From Cyanophora paradoxa CCMP329 (lineage: Eukaryota > Plantae > Glaucophyta), in the NCBI GenBank assembly GCA_004431415.1, contig QPMI01000119.1:1-64000 (forward strand): a stretch of 64,000 nt of DNA. The letters run 5' to 3'. Position numbers and translations under genes: made by a program. The stretch's first letter is position 1. Every line of letters begins with the position of its first letter. Below, piece by piece: positions 31,701-40,462 of the stretch. The notes under the pieces were generated by a model, which saw only the letters and a list, made by a program, of their open reading frames with translations, ran no database searches and had not been told where the DNA came from.

Positions 31701-33681
31701 AATGGCGGCGAAAAACTTACACAATACCACCCTTTCGGGTGTGGTTACAGATGATTACCTTACCAATAAAGGGTATCTTACCTCTGCAGACTTAAGCAGT
31801 TATACAACTGATGCAGAGTTAACAACAGCTCTTGCGAATTATCTACCTCTTACAGGTGGAACTGTCACAGGAACTGTGAATGCTACCACTCTACAAATTG
31901 GTGGAACAACAATTCCAAAAGGTTATGATTTCGACCAATTAGATGTTATTTCGACAGACAGATCTGCAAATAATTGGACTGTTACATGGGCATCAAGAAC
32001 AGGGCAAAATGGTTGCTACACCACACCACAAATTGATGAAGATTGCAGTGGTTGTTGGATGAGATGGCTCATTCCCACAGGTATGAAATCATTTTATATC
32101 CAGCACATGCCTTGGTATAATTGTAGATATTTTGATATCTATGGGCAAACAGTCAATGGATATCAACATTTCTTAAAACGAGTAAATGCCTATCAGGGAA
32201 TTCAAGAGGTGAATCAGGATGGAACACATAATACAATCTTGTTTGTCTCTATCAATTGCGAATTCTACAAATATATTTATGTCCAAGGTCGAAAAGGTCG
32301 CATTCATCTCACAGGTGTTTTTGGGTGGAGCAGACAGAGAGCAACTGATAATGAATTGGGCATGATCTCTTGGGATAATGTATTTAGTAAACCATCATTT
32401 TACTCAGCCGCAGACCTTCCACAAACCGCAACATGGGCAACAAATACATGGTTAAAATCAGTAGATGCAGTCGAGCGAATTTGGTTTGGTAATGGCGATT
32501 GCACATATATACGAGGGAGACCGAATGGTGACGGTGTGTCAATTGAATTTAGAGACTCAGCAGATGGAGCAATTTTAAAGTCTTATAACAATGGTAACTT
32601 TTGGGTGAAAAACACTATTACAGCACCCACTATTAATGCTACAACAGATCTTCAAATAAATGGTAATGCTGTTCCAAAGTTTCACACAGCAGATAAAACA
32701 GTAGGAGGTATTGCATTTAATAGATGTTCTGAGGGTTGGACATGGGCATGGAGTTCAGCATGGGATCCACATTATAATTATGGTTCATATGTTCATAATA
32801 ATCAAACGGATGATCAAACATCTACCGCTTGGATTGACTTCGATATACCTGATGGATACCACAAAGGAACAGCGTTTTTAACTTATTTACCTTGGACTAA
32901 CTCACGAATTTTTGAAATTTGGGGACTGAATCGACAAGGGAATGAAGTTTTTATTACATCAGTAAATAGTTATCAACCATACAGCACATCTCCTGATGGT
33001 AACCACAGTGGTATAAATAATGTTCCAATACATCTTGGTAATCGATTCCTCACAATTCGAATTAGACCAAAGATTGGAAGAGTTCATATTATGGGTATTA
33101 GTTACATGAAAATTTGGGTTGGAAATAGTTATGGCGGTCACACCGGCTATATTCATTGGAATAACGTTTATAGCAAACCCAATATCTTAACAGGAACTGT
33201 GGGGACTTGGTTTAATTCCAGTGATGGATATAATCGTATCCATTTCGGTAACCAAACTTCTACATATTTGAAAGGAGGGGGAGATATTCCCCTTGTATTC
33301 CGAAATGAACAAGATACTGATATTTGTTACATGTATCATGGAGGATGGATGTGGATTGGAGGTTATTTAACACAAGGAAGTGACATAAGATACAAAACCG
33401 ATATTAAAAAGATATCCGGCGCTCTTTCAGCAATAGAGAAATTAGAGGGAGTGAGTTTTAAACGAATTGGAAGTGAAAAAGATGGAGTTAAATTAGGTTT
33501 AATTGCACAAGATGTTCAAAAGGTAATACCAGAGGTAGTTAATGTTAAAAAAGACGATGGCTACCTATCTCTTGAATACACAGGTTTAATTCCAGTTCTC
33601 ATTGAAGCTGTGAAGGAGTTGTCCCAAAAATGCAAAGATCTACAGGATCAAATAGACCAAATTAAAAATGTCAAAGTATAA
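28774..33681 (+). CDS. Large fibre/spike protein with phage tail-fibre repeats and C-terminal peptidase S74 intramolecular chaperone
   Basis: HRHDWGDLDNVPLTFPP repeats, YLPLTGGTVTG, C-terminal SDIRYKTDI...GLIAQDVQKVIPEVV...LIEAVKEL. Confidence 0.85.
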   Translation: MSYILKKPVPLRKAPDLVDDRHINIRVFGSILADYNADKDIHRTEFNRPAALILRNSHVGAPDIAQRFCLGPAENYVAEIIGSRALPRHLRIASSGTVSKYDSGRLIFRLQNDRGIHISALRLIDESNAVTNKTAAQITGRILLGEDAGLSVLASQIQPFPWDLLYTAAREANILYGFDVNQIDTEPATRLDIPGCTFGSILIEADRHLLPALHDSYDLGLRTRQWRNIHGTNIYQDGKKVSTEEQVINIFNYYFGPIVPIPPLPGLPKPPIPDGPGRERVADETVPFGQHIVSWEQVRNKPIFEPKKQIDEQYLPPEIDILELDDYQFVPDEEEFLPDGFDPQEYEYDQYDPNEEEYLPDGLDPQEYEYEQNYEPHEEYLADGLEPPVVDYEQPYEPHEEFLPDGLQPELFEFFPDWEQINNKPARYPPEDHNHDWDEILGKPEKYPPEDHRHDWGDIDGIPPEFPPEDHRHNWDEIDEQPTFASAGNVLLGDINNGVSLYQNIDTPERLQLNDYYVNRQGIDAGTTMDGELYIRPPTRDVILPLGGGIEIKNTKPGIYLTNYYPDDVPMTDSLISLPSDPANYDNKDATLQINVTNVSDLDGSRPKLIFSREQLAAETLLGDRDDYKQCEVAWIKTNYNGGVPEGLLEINQRASAKNIHNENISRVVTEDYFRWDNIPDAPEKFPPEDHRHDWGDLDNVPLTFPPDLHRHDWGDLDNVPLTFPPDLHRHDWGDLDNVPLTFPPDLHRHDWGDLDNVPLTFPPALHRHDWGDLDNVPLTFPPSAHRHDWGEIDNVPLTFTPSTHRHVWGQIDEQPVFAQLNAIGNVFNGVTLYQSINTPERLFLNDHYVSLNGSFTGETGTPMVGTLAVRLPRDSIVNTIYDGDFNVGVNDTFPSIYVTNYHPGETGQVADFSAAIQINVTDQSPYDGARPKIVFTREKVVNYLPVVGQPTDDHGKCEMAWIKTTSGGALEVNQRMAAKNLHNTTLSGVVTDDYLTNKGYLTSADLSSYTTDAELTTALANYLPLTGGTVTGTVNATTLQIGGTTIPKGYDFDQLDVISTDRSANNWTVTWASRTGQNGCYTTPQIDEDCSGCWMRWLIPTGMKSFYIQHMPWYNCRYFDIYGQTVNGYQHFLKRVNAYQGIQEVNQDGTHNTILFVSINCEFYKYIYVQGRKGRIHLTGVFGWSRQRATDNELGMISWDNVFSKPSFYSAADLPQTATWATNTWLKSVDAVERIWFGNGDCTYIRGRPNGDGVSIEFRDSADGAILKSYNNGNFWVKNTITAPTINATTDLQINGNAVPKFHTADKTVGGIAFNRCSEGWTWAWSSAWDPHYNYGSYVHNNQTDDQTSTAWIDFDIPDGYHKGTAFLTYLPWTNSRIFEIWGLNRQGNEVFITSVNSYQPYSTSPDGNHSGINNVPIHLGNRFLTIRIRPKIGRVHIMGISYMKIWVGNSYGGHTGYIHWNNVYSKPNILTGTVGTWFNSSDGYNRIHFGNQTSTYLKGGGDIPLVFRNEQDTDICYMYHGGWMWIGGYLTQGSDIRYKTDIKKISGALSAIEKLEGVSFKRIGSEKDGVKLGLIAQDVQKVIPEVVNVKKDDGYLSLEYTGLIPVLIEAVKELSQKCKDLQDQIDQIKNVKV
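30826..31205 (+). repeat. 60-bp in-frame tandem repeat (about 6 copies) in the fibre gene
   Basis: CACAGGCACGATTGGGGAGATCTTGATAACGTCCCTCTAACGTTTCCACCAGATTTA-type units encoding HxH repeats. Confidence 0.85.
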
Positions 33682-33684
33682 TAA

Positions 33685-33993
33685 ATGGCGACGTATCCAC
33701 TTGGTGGAACTCCTTCTACTTCTTCTGAGCCTGTCGCTCTTGCTTTCGATACTATCAAACTTGTAGCCGCACTACAAACTGTCGAAAAAACAATACAACA
33801 AACTAACAAACTGTCACCGGTTGTTCATGAATATAAAAACCTCTTGGTTAATGTCCTTGCGCAATCGGCTTATGGTGATCCCGTAGCACGTTACGGCGAA
33901 TGTGATTCTAACCTTAAAGCGATGACAGCCAACCTTCAAGCTCTTTCTGTTGCTTACCAATCCCTTGGTTCGAATCTAATCACTTTGCCTTGA
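33685..33993 (+). CDS. Small helical protein directly after the fibre gene
   Basis: 102-aa ORF starting 3 nt after the fibre stop codon. Confidence 0.6.
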   Translation: MATYPLGGTPSTSSEPVALAFDTIKLVAALQTVEKTIQQTNKLSPVVHEYKNLLVNVLAQSAYGDPVARYGECDSNLKAMTANLQALSVAYQSLGSNLITLP

Positions 33994-34033
33994 TGGTAGT
34001 TTTATTTTTTTATCCTTCTTAGTAAAAGAAGCA

Positions 34034-34891
34034 ATGGGTGAATATAATCGGGTTCAGCTACCTATCTATTCCCTGGGATCCCCTGCAATGCACTTTCGTC
34101 AGCATGAAGTTAATGATGAGGTTCGCGGTCTGGAATCCACTGAACGACCTAATTCTAATGGTAACTCTTTTGACAAAAACTCAATGATTCGAGTAAAAGA
34201 ACTCCGAGCCGACAAAAACTCAGGAGTGGTTAAAACAACTCGACTTCTTGTGACTAATGCTAACTTCTTCCAACCAACTAATGGAGGTCCTGATGCTTAC
34301 AGTGTTGATCTAAAAGCCCTCGATTTCGACAAGAATTCTGCTGCTGCTACAATTCGTTCAGGTGGAGCATTTATTGGTGGTGGTTGCAGAGTTTCAGGTC
34401 AACTCTCTTCTTCGATTGCATACAATGATGTCCCAGATACGTTGCCCCAAAATGTAGAAGACCCCCAACGAATCCGTTTGTATGCTCCTGTTTCACAGCA
34501 ACCATTTATAACTTTCTATAATGAAATAACCGTTACTCTTCTTAACTCTGTCGTTCCTGATGGATTTCCAAATGAGAGAGTAGTATATAATAATCAGGTC
34601 CCCATGGCTTTACAATCTCTGTGTCGTCCTGCAAACAATCAAATCGGGCATTACTACTTATATTTCGTTCAACCACATTTACATTTTGGTCGCGGTTATT
34701 GTTCTGTTGGAAATGGTGGAGCTGCATCATATGATCTGCACGTTACTGATCTTGGAACCTATCGAATTCTGATTGTTGGAGCAAGAACAGATATTGCTGC
34801 TGTGTCTGCTCTTCGTGGATATAATCCCAATGACATTTTGAATACAGCATTTTACCAGGAACCCGATATTATCGATGATCCAACACCTTAA
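34034..34891 (+). CDS. Putative virion fibre/decoration family, paralogue A
   Basis: Shares RVKELRADKNSGVVKTTRLLVTNA...GGAFIGGG with 34915, 61124, 62491 and 63368. Confidence 0.7.
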   Translation: MGEYNRVQLPIYSLGSPAMHFRQHEVNDEVRGLESTERPNSNGNSFDKNSMIRVKELRADKNSGVVKTTRLLVTNANFFQPTNGGPDAYSVDLKALDFDKNSAAATIRSGGAFIGGGCRVSGQLSSSIAYNDVPDTLPQNVEDPQRIRLYAPVSQQPFITFYNEITVTLLNSVVPDGFPNERVVYNNQVPMALQSLCRPANNQIGHYYLYFVQPHLHFGRGYCSVGNGGAASYDLHVTDLGTYRILIVGARTDIAAVSALRGYNPNDILNTAFYQEPDIIDDPTP

Positions 34892-34914
34892 ATTATATAT
34901 TACTTTAATGTAAA

Positions 34915-35742
34915 ATGGCTGAATCAATAGAGCGTATTGTTACGGCACAACTATCTTTAGCCAGTCCTGCAAATCACGTTCTACAACACGCTTGTTTTGA
35001 TGATGTGGAAGGTCTTGAATCAACAGAAGTTCAGCCAACAATGAATACCTTCGGATCTACACATAAACTTCGATTGCAAGAACTCAGATGTGATAAAAAT
35101 AATGGTATAGTTAAGACAACAAAGTTGCTAGTTACGAATGCAGATTTCAGCTCACATTATGGAGATCCAGACAGTTATAGCTCCCCTATTTCGACTTATT
35201 CTTTCGAATCTAGGTCAGGAGCGATCAACTGCAAGACAGGGGGAGCATATATTGGTGATGGTTTGCGTGTTGGGGGAACAATCGGAGCTCCTCTCTTCGT
35301 GAACGACACGCCAAACCCGATCGACAATCTGACGCGGATTCGCACCTATGTCCCCGGTATGAATGCCCCCTATATAATCAAGATATTCCCCATTGTTGTT
35401 AATGAGCAGACATCAGTAGTTGATTCTCTGGTTGAAATTGGTGATCATTATAAGGTAGTAGTCGATATTCCACCAGATATTTATGCGCTCTGCCAGGTTG
35501 AGGGTGGAACTCCCAATATTACGGTGGTAATAACTCCTTACGATAATTTCGGTATTGCATATCATGGTGTAAATTTCGGATTAGAAGATTATCAGTTTTT
35601 AGTAAGAGCTACCAGGTTTGGTATCTACAAATGCATCCTTTATGCTGAACGAACCGATGCTATTGCTAAACAGAACACATATGCAGAATATGTTGGTACA
35701 AACAGGTATTTTCCTATATTCGGCAGCGATACGGCTCCATAG
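34915..35742 (+). CDS. Putative virion fibre/decoration family, paralogue B
   Basis: LRLQELRCDKNNGIVKTTKLLVTNA...GGAYIGDG; orthologue at 63368. Confidence 0.7.
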   Translation: MAESIERIVTAQLSLASPANHVLQHACFDDVEGLESTEVQPTMNTFGSTHKLRLQELRCDKNNGIVKTTKLLVTNADFSSHYGDPDSYSSPISTYSFESRSGAINCKTGGAYIGDGLRVGGTIGAPLFVNDTPNPIDNLTRIRTYVPGMNAPYIIKIFPIVVNEQTSVVDSLVEIGDHYKVVVDIPPDIYALCQVEGGTPNITVVITPYDNFGIAYHGVNFGLEDYQFLVRATRFGIYKCILYAERTDAIAKQNTYAEYVGTNRYFPIFGSDTAP

Positions 35743-35780
35743 CCGCATTCCTTTGTTTTTTTATATTTTTCCATTAATAG

Positions 35781-36107
35781 ATGGATTTGCTTCGAAAATT
35801 ATTGGATATGTTCCATCTCAACGTCACCAGCAAATTGAATTGTAGTTGCTGTGAGACGACCATTAATCTCGAAATATCGGACACTGAGGGCTCTCGAACC
35901 CCAGAAGCTCAGGTTTCGCCTATCAACACACCCAGGACTTCTAGGTCCAATTCTCCATTTACTCGAACTGACTCACCTATACCTTGGCTTGATGATGAAG
36001 GCCGAAGATTGTCGTGGCCTCCCCCAGATATCCCAAAGCCGCTGAAAAGAAAAAAGTCCTTGCTATCAAGTTTCAGAAAGGAGAAGCAATCCGATCTAGT
36101 GGAATGA
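35781..36107 (+). CDS. Small protein with amphipathic N-terminus and CC motif
   Basis: MDLLRKLLDMF...SCCETTINLEISDTE matches 45481-45714. Confidence 0.7.
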   Translation: MDLLRKLLDMFHLNVTSKLNCSCCETTINLEISDTEGSRTPEAQVSPINTPRTSRSNSPFTRTDSPIPWLDDEGRRLSWPPPDIPKPLKRKKSLLSSFRKEKQSDLVE

Positions 36108-36144
36108 GGCCGCACCAGAGCGCTCTTTGGGCACAAAGTGCTTC

Positions 36145-36610
36145 AATGTACTCATTCATATCGCCTAGCCTGAGCTAAACGCCTTTTCCTCACTCAGCTT
36201 CTTCGTACTCATTCATATCGCCTAGCCTGAGCTAAACGCCTTTTCCTCTGTCAGCTTCTTCGTACTCATTAATATCGTCTAGAATTATCCTAAACCTGTT
36301 TCCTCTGTTAGCTTCTCTGTACACATCAATATCGTCTAGACTATTCTGCCACGTTCGTCTGCAGACCGCGCTCAAGGGGGCAGCGCTCCTCTTCGTCTAT
36401 TCTAGTTGTCAGCTCTGCCTTGTATAGTCCTCAGATATTTCTTTGTTAAGACTCCGACCCGAGTCTGGTAGACCTGGGAATTTGAGTCTCGTAGACGTAC
36501 AAGGTGAATTAACTGAAGAGGGGCTGGAGGTATACACTGGAAACGCATGGAATCGGGGGCAAAGGAGCGAAGCGGAATTGCCCGGGTGTGAGGTCCATGC
36601 GTATACAACA
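36145..36610 (-). repeat. Right terminal inverted repeat of PLV-1, including about 57-bp subterminal tandem units
   Basis: Reverse complement of 14999-15380; GTACTCATTCATATCGCCTAGCC units at 36148, 36205 and 36262. Confidence 0.9.
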
Positions 36611-36616
36611 ATCAAC
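36611..36616 (+). repeat. Right target-site duplication ATCAAC
   Basis: Follows ...TACAACA directly. Confidence 0.95.
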
Positions 36617-38978
36617 TCGCCGCCCGCCTGCCGAGATTCACGGCATCCGTGAAGCGCCCCGCCTCGAACATTATCTTGCAGGCTGCAAAAGACGCCTCTG
36701 CGATCTGCCGGCGGCAGGATAGCTCCTCAGCAGAGCCCGCCGGCGGCCCTCCAGTGACCAGCTTCTCTTCCAGCTCGTCGGTCGTGTGAGTTGCAAGCGC
36801 CTTGTATCGCGTCTTGAGCTCCTCTGCAGACAGCTCTGATTCCCCGACCCTGGCCCGCTCGAGCCGCTGCTGCTCGTCTTTGAAAGCGCGCAGGGCGATG
36901 CTGAAGGACTCTGACGGGCTCTGGGGGTCGCTGATGATCAAATGTGGCAGGGCAGGGTTCAAATTCGAGAAGACGAGGGCACCTGATCGTGGGAAGAGGC
37001 TTGAGGGCAGATCGCCGCACGCGTCTGGAGGCGGCGGAGGAGATCCTCCGCCTTCTTGTACGCTGGGGTGCTGGACGTGGCCACTTGGAGGGCCATCCGG
37101 GCTGCAGAGAGCGCCTCGTCGTACTTCTTGCGCATCTCGAGCACCTGCCCGAGCTGCTGCCAAGCCTGCGCACGCACAACGCGACCAAGTCAGGGAGTCC
37201 AAGCGTGCATGCACGAGATTCAACCCGTGGTGCTTGCCTCGGCCTGCTCATCCGCGATCCCATGAGACATCGAGTTCTCAGCCGCGTTGCGCGCAATCTC
37301 TTCCGCTGTTGACATCGCCCTGGGATCTTCAGACAGTTGCGTTGTTGTGAGCTGGATGAGCTCCCTGCCAGCAAGGGACGAGAGCCGCCACGATTCCTTG
37401 GCGCCTGTGCGGTCTCCGACACTCTTGTAGATGCGAGCGAGCTCACTGAAGTCGTTGGCGAAGAGCTCTAATCCGTAACGGCACAGCATGTTGACCGCCC
37501 GACGATGCAGCATCAACGGCGAGTACTCCTGTGCCACGTTCGTTCGCGTCTCGCTAATGCGCTTCATGGCAGCCACGTTCGCATCGCTGCGTTTCTTGAT
37601 CTCCGGTGCGAAAACTTCTTGGTTTTGCTTGGCGAGACGGGCCTGCGCGATTGACAATCAGCGAAACATCGGCCGGCACCCGCGCAATGAAGCTGCGAAC
37701 GAGTTCAGCGCGATCCGAACAGTAGGTCTCTTGGATCCCGCCTGCGAAAATTTTCATTGCCCGCGAGTGCGAGCTGGGGAGCAGCTGCAGCGCCAGCTCA
37801 TTCGCCGTGCGGGCAACAGCGAGGGCCTCGGCAAGCCGCTCTTTGCTTCCCGACTCGCTGAGCGCAGTCGCAAGCATTCTGTACGCCTGCAAATGACTTC
37901 AACGAAGTTCAACAAGGACTCCACAAAATGGAGAGGAACCCACCTCGACACCGTACTCGTCGTTGGGGGTGCGCTCGATGCAATACCGAGCAAAGGTTTC
38001 GGCTTCCAGAAACATTTTGCTCTTCAGAGCAGAGAGGCACGCTTCGCGGGCTGCACTCGCACACACGTGCATCCAAGTCCGGAGCTTCTCGTCATCGAGC
38101 GCGTGGATCACCGTTTTTAGCCGCTCGTTGAACTCCTCCAGGATCGGGAATACCCCAGGCCGGCATTAGGAAGAGGCCCGCATTGGGATTTCGCCGATTG
38201 TTTTCCAGGTTTGCGTGTATGAGCGCCGGACCGCCGGGGCATACATGGTGAACTGTATAGGCGCCTGTCTGCGCCGCCACTACCCTTGTCTGGTTGGTTC
38301 ACTGTCGATTGTGCTTCGGGCCTTCGGGTCCTTCGCCTTTCGTCATAACCGTACAGCCGGCTTGGGCGTGTCTTATACATACTCTTCTTCTTCTTTGAAC
38401 TCCTCCGTCTTCGGTCCGGCGAGCTCAAAGAGCCGCTGCATGCGCTCGGGCTCTGGCATCGTTCGAGCTTTCTTCGCCTTTTGCAGCTGCTCCAGTTCCT
38501 TCTCGAAATCCATGATCGCTTGGGCGGCCGACTTTGCTGTAAGCACGACGCTGGATCCGGCTGCAGGCTGCTGGCCATGGGTAACATCGCGTCCAGGGAG
38601 CGCTTCGATCGGGCTGACAGACTTCTTCGGAAGCTTTGTGATGGACTGCTCGCGCCCATCGGTTGAAGGATCCGGAGGGGTACCGGTCGCAAGACCGAAG
38701 CTGCAAGTCTGGCGTCAGTGGACGCTCGGCAGTAACATTAGAGCCAAGCTCAATGCACCGCAGGCGGCACTCCATGGCCCGGGCAGGGTGCCCAGCCCTC
38801 TCCAAGAGCCTGGCGGCCGGCTCTGCAAATTTCCGCCCCGTTTTTGCTTCCTTCTTGTCTGCAGAAGCCAGGTTCGAAACGGAATGTGGTGTATGCACAA
38901 GCGCTATGCATGCTGCGCCTGCCCGCACGCACTGGCATCTGAAGCGCGCTGGAGCAGCAGTTCCGCCTCAGCGAGAGC
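36617..38978 (-). CDS. Middle part of the intron-containing host TPR-like gene, between PLV-2 and PLV-1
   Basis: Predicted introns 37943-37887 (GT-AG), 37237-37166 (GC-AG) and 36982-36921 (GT-AG) join the ORF pieces in frame. AWQQLGQVLEMRKKYDEALSAARMAL is TPR-like. Confidence 0.7.
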
Positions 38979-38982
38979 TGCC

Positions 38983-39078
38983 ACACATATTGAAAAACGA
39001 ATTTAAATCCCTTCGTTCATCTCGATCGCTTCGCGATCTCGATTCACTCTGGATTTAAATTCGTTTTTCAATATGTGT
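38983..39078. repeat. Terminal hairpin: perfect 28-bp stem, 40-nt loop
   Basis: ACACATATTGAAAAACGAATTTAAATCC (38983-39010) and its reverse complement (39051-39078). Confidence 0.92.
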
Positions 39079-39127
39079 TAATTTAATACTAAAATACATA
39101 TTTATCGATTAATTTCTTTAACTTTTT

Positions 39128-39800
39128 ATGCAAATTTTGTATAAAATAATGCAAATTTTGTATAAAATAATGCAAATTTTGTATAAAATAATGCAAATTT
39201 TGTATAAAATAATGCAAACTTTGTATAAAATAATGCAAACTTTGTATTAAAAATGATAAACGCGTTTAATTTAATGCATATTCACGATTGATTCAATCGA
39301 TATTATATCGATATAATATGTTCTTTGTCGATTACATATATAACTTCGATTGATTAACATTAAACTACTTAAAGAACGATATAATCGCGATTAATTCGCA
39401 TAAATTCGCATAAATTCGCATAAACTCGATATATCTCTTTGGTATTGAAGTAGACCACCGCCCATTCTGTATCGAAAAACGCAAAAAGTGTCACAGAGTT
39501 GCATTATGTCCAATTAAACAATCGATGGGATTGCGGATGTACATTTTTGCACCCAAAAAGTGTCACAGAGTTGCATTATCTCCAATTAAACAATCGATTA
39601 GATTGCGGGATTTTCTATTGGAATATATCGGTACTGCATTATGTCCAATTAAACAATCGATGAGATTGCTGATGTACATTTTTGCATTGAAAAAGTGTCA
39701 CAGAGTTGCATGGTCTCCAATTAAACAATTGAGAAGATTGGGGATGGGCATTTTCTCTTCGAAAAATTGTCACAGAGTTGCATGGTCTCCGATCGATCAA
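39128..39800 (+). repeat. Subterminal tandem repeats: 21-bp ATGCAAATTTTGTATAAAATA (about 6 copies), ATTCGCATAA x3, and about 70-bp units (39483-39800)
   Basis: Directly visible; GTCACAGAGTTGCAT...TCCAATTAAACAAT recurs 4-5 times. Confidence 0.85.
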
Positions 39801-39809
39801 TCGAAGTAG

Positions 39810-40032
39810 GCATCTTTGGTAGGCGGTTTAGGCGGTTAGGCACTTCTTAATCGAGAATTAAAAAGAAGTCCCAAATACATCAACTTGTGTTTTTCAAAAC
39901 GTTGATTTTAGTTTTTATAGAGAATTTCCAGAAAAGGTGCCTAAGTGCCTAACGTCAATTAAAAGTGCCTAACTTCAATTAAAAAGTGCCTACTTCGATT
40001 TTTAAAGTGCCTACTACACCATTTTCAGTAAG
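39810..40032. repeat. Internal inverted repeat, left arm (GTGCCTA iterons)
   Basis: Reverse complement of 48771-48996 with scattered mismatches. Confidence 0.9.
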
Positions 40033-40207
40033 CCCATCTGAAATTCTGAATTTCTCAGTGTCAACTAACTCGGAAATCGCAATACTCTATGTTTCTCCGA
40101 TTTCTCCAACCCTGAAAACACACCTGTTATTCTCTCATCTATCTCATGAGATACTCTTGTTTCGCCAAAAATTGACAAACGATTTCCCATCATGCTGTAA
40201 AGGAAAC

Positions 40208-40462
40208 ATGCCGATTAACCAGCAATATCACAATTTCCATGGGACTTACATCTTGATTGTAAAGAAACTCCCAGAGCATTATGAGATCTTCCAAGAGATG
40301 GGATTGCGAATTACAAGGAGATCAACCCTTTGTAGATTCTTGAAAAAGAATGGTGCTAAATGGGATAAGACAATTCGCAAATGGTATACAGAAGATCCCA
40401 AGAGTCCCCTTCTGGATGTTTTCGAAACAGTGAATTTGGATCGGTTTAATCATTACCAATAG
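40208..40462 (+). CDS. Small protein with DUF5710-like motif (possibly degraded)
   Basis: KKNGAKWDKTIRKWY. Confidence 0.4.
   Translation: MPINQQYHNFHGTYILIVKKLPEHYEIFQEMGLRITRRSTLCRFLKKNGAKWDKTIRKWYTEDPKSPLLDVFETVNLDRFNHYQ

Larger units (their letters stand above)
14999..36610. mobile_element. Complete integrated Polinton-like virus PLV-1 (21,612 bp)
   Basis: TGTTGTATACGC...GCGTATACAACA termini, 6-bp TSD, pPolB, rve integrase, ATPase, MCP, pentons; lower GC than the flanks. Confidence 0.93.

Noticed and set aside
28774-35742. Diversity-generating retroelement acting on fibre genes
   Set aside because: No reverse transcriptase in the window and no adenine-specific template/variable repeat pair seen.
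36617-38978. Degraded viral pseudogene, or PLV insertion into a giant-virus genome
   Set aside because: Several ORF breaks are explained by canonical short spliceosomal introns, indicating a nuclear host gene.
39483-39800. CRISPR-like about 70-bp periodic array, and ORF 39525-39809
   Set aside because: Whole units are degenerate copies with no unique spacers; the ORF merely translates the repeat.
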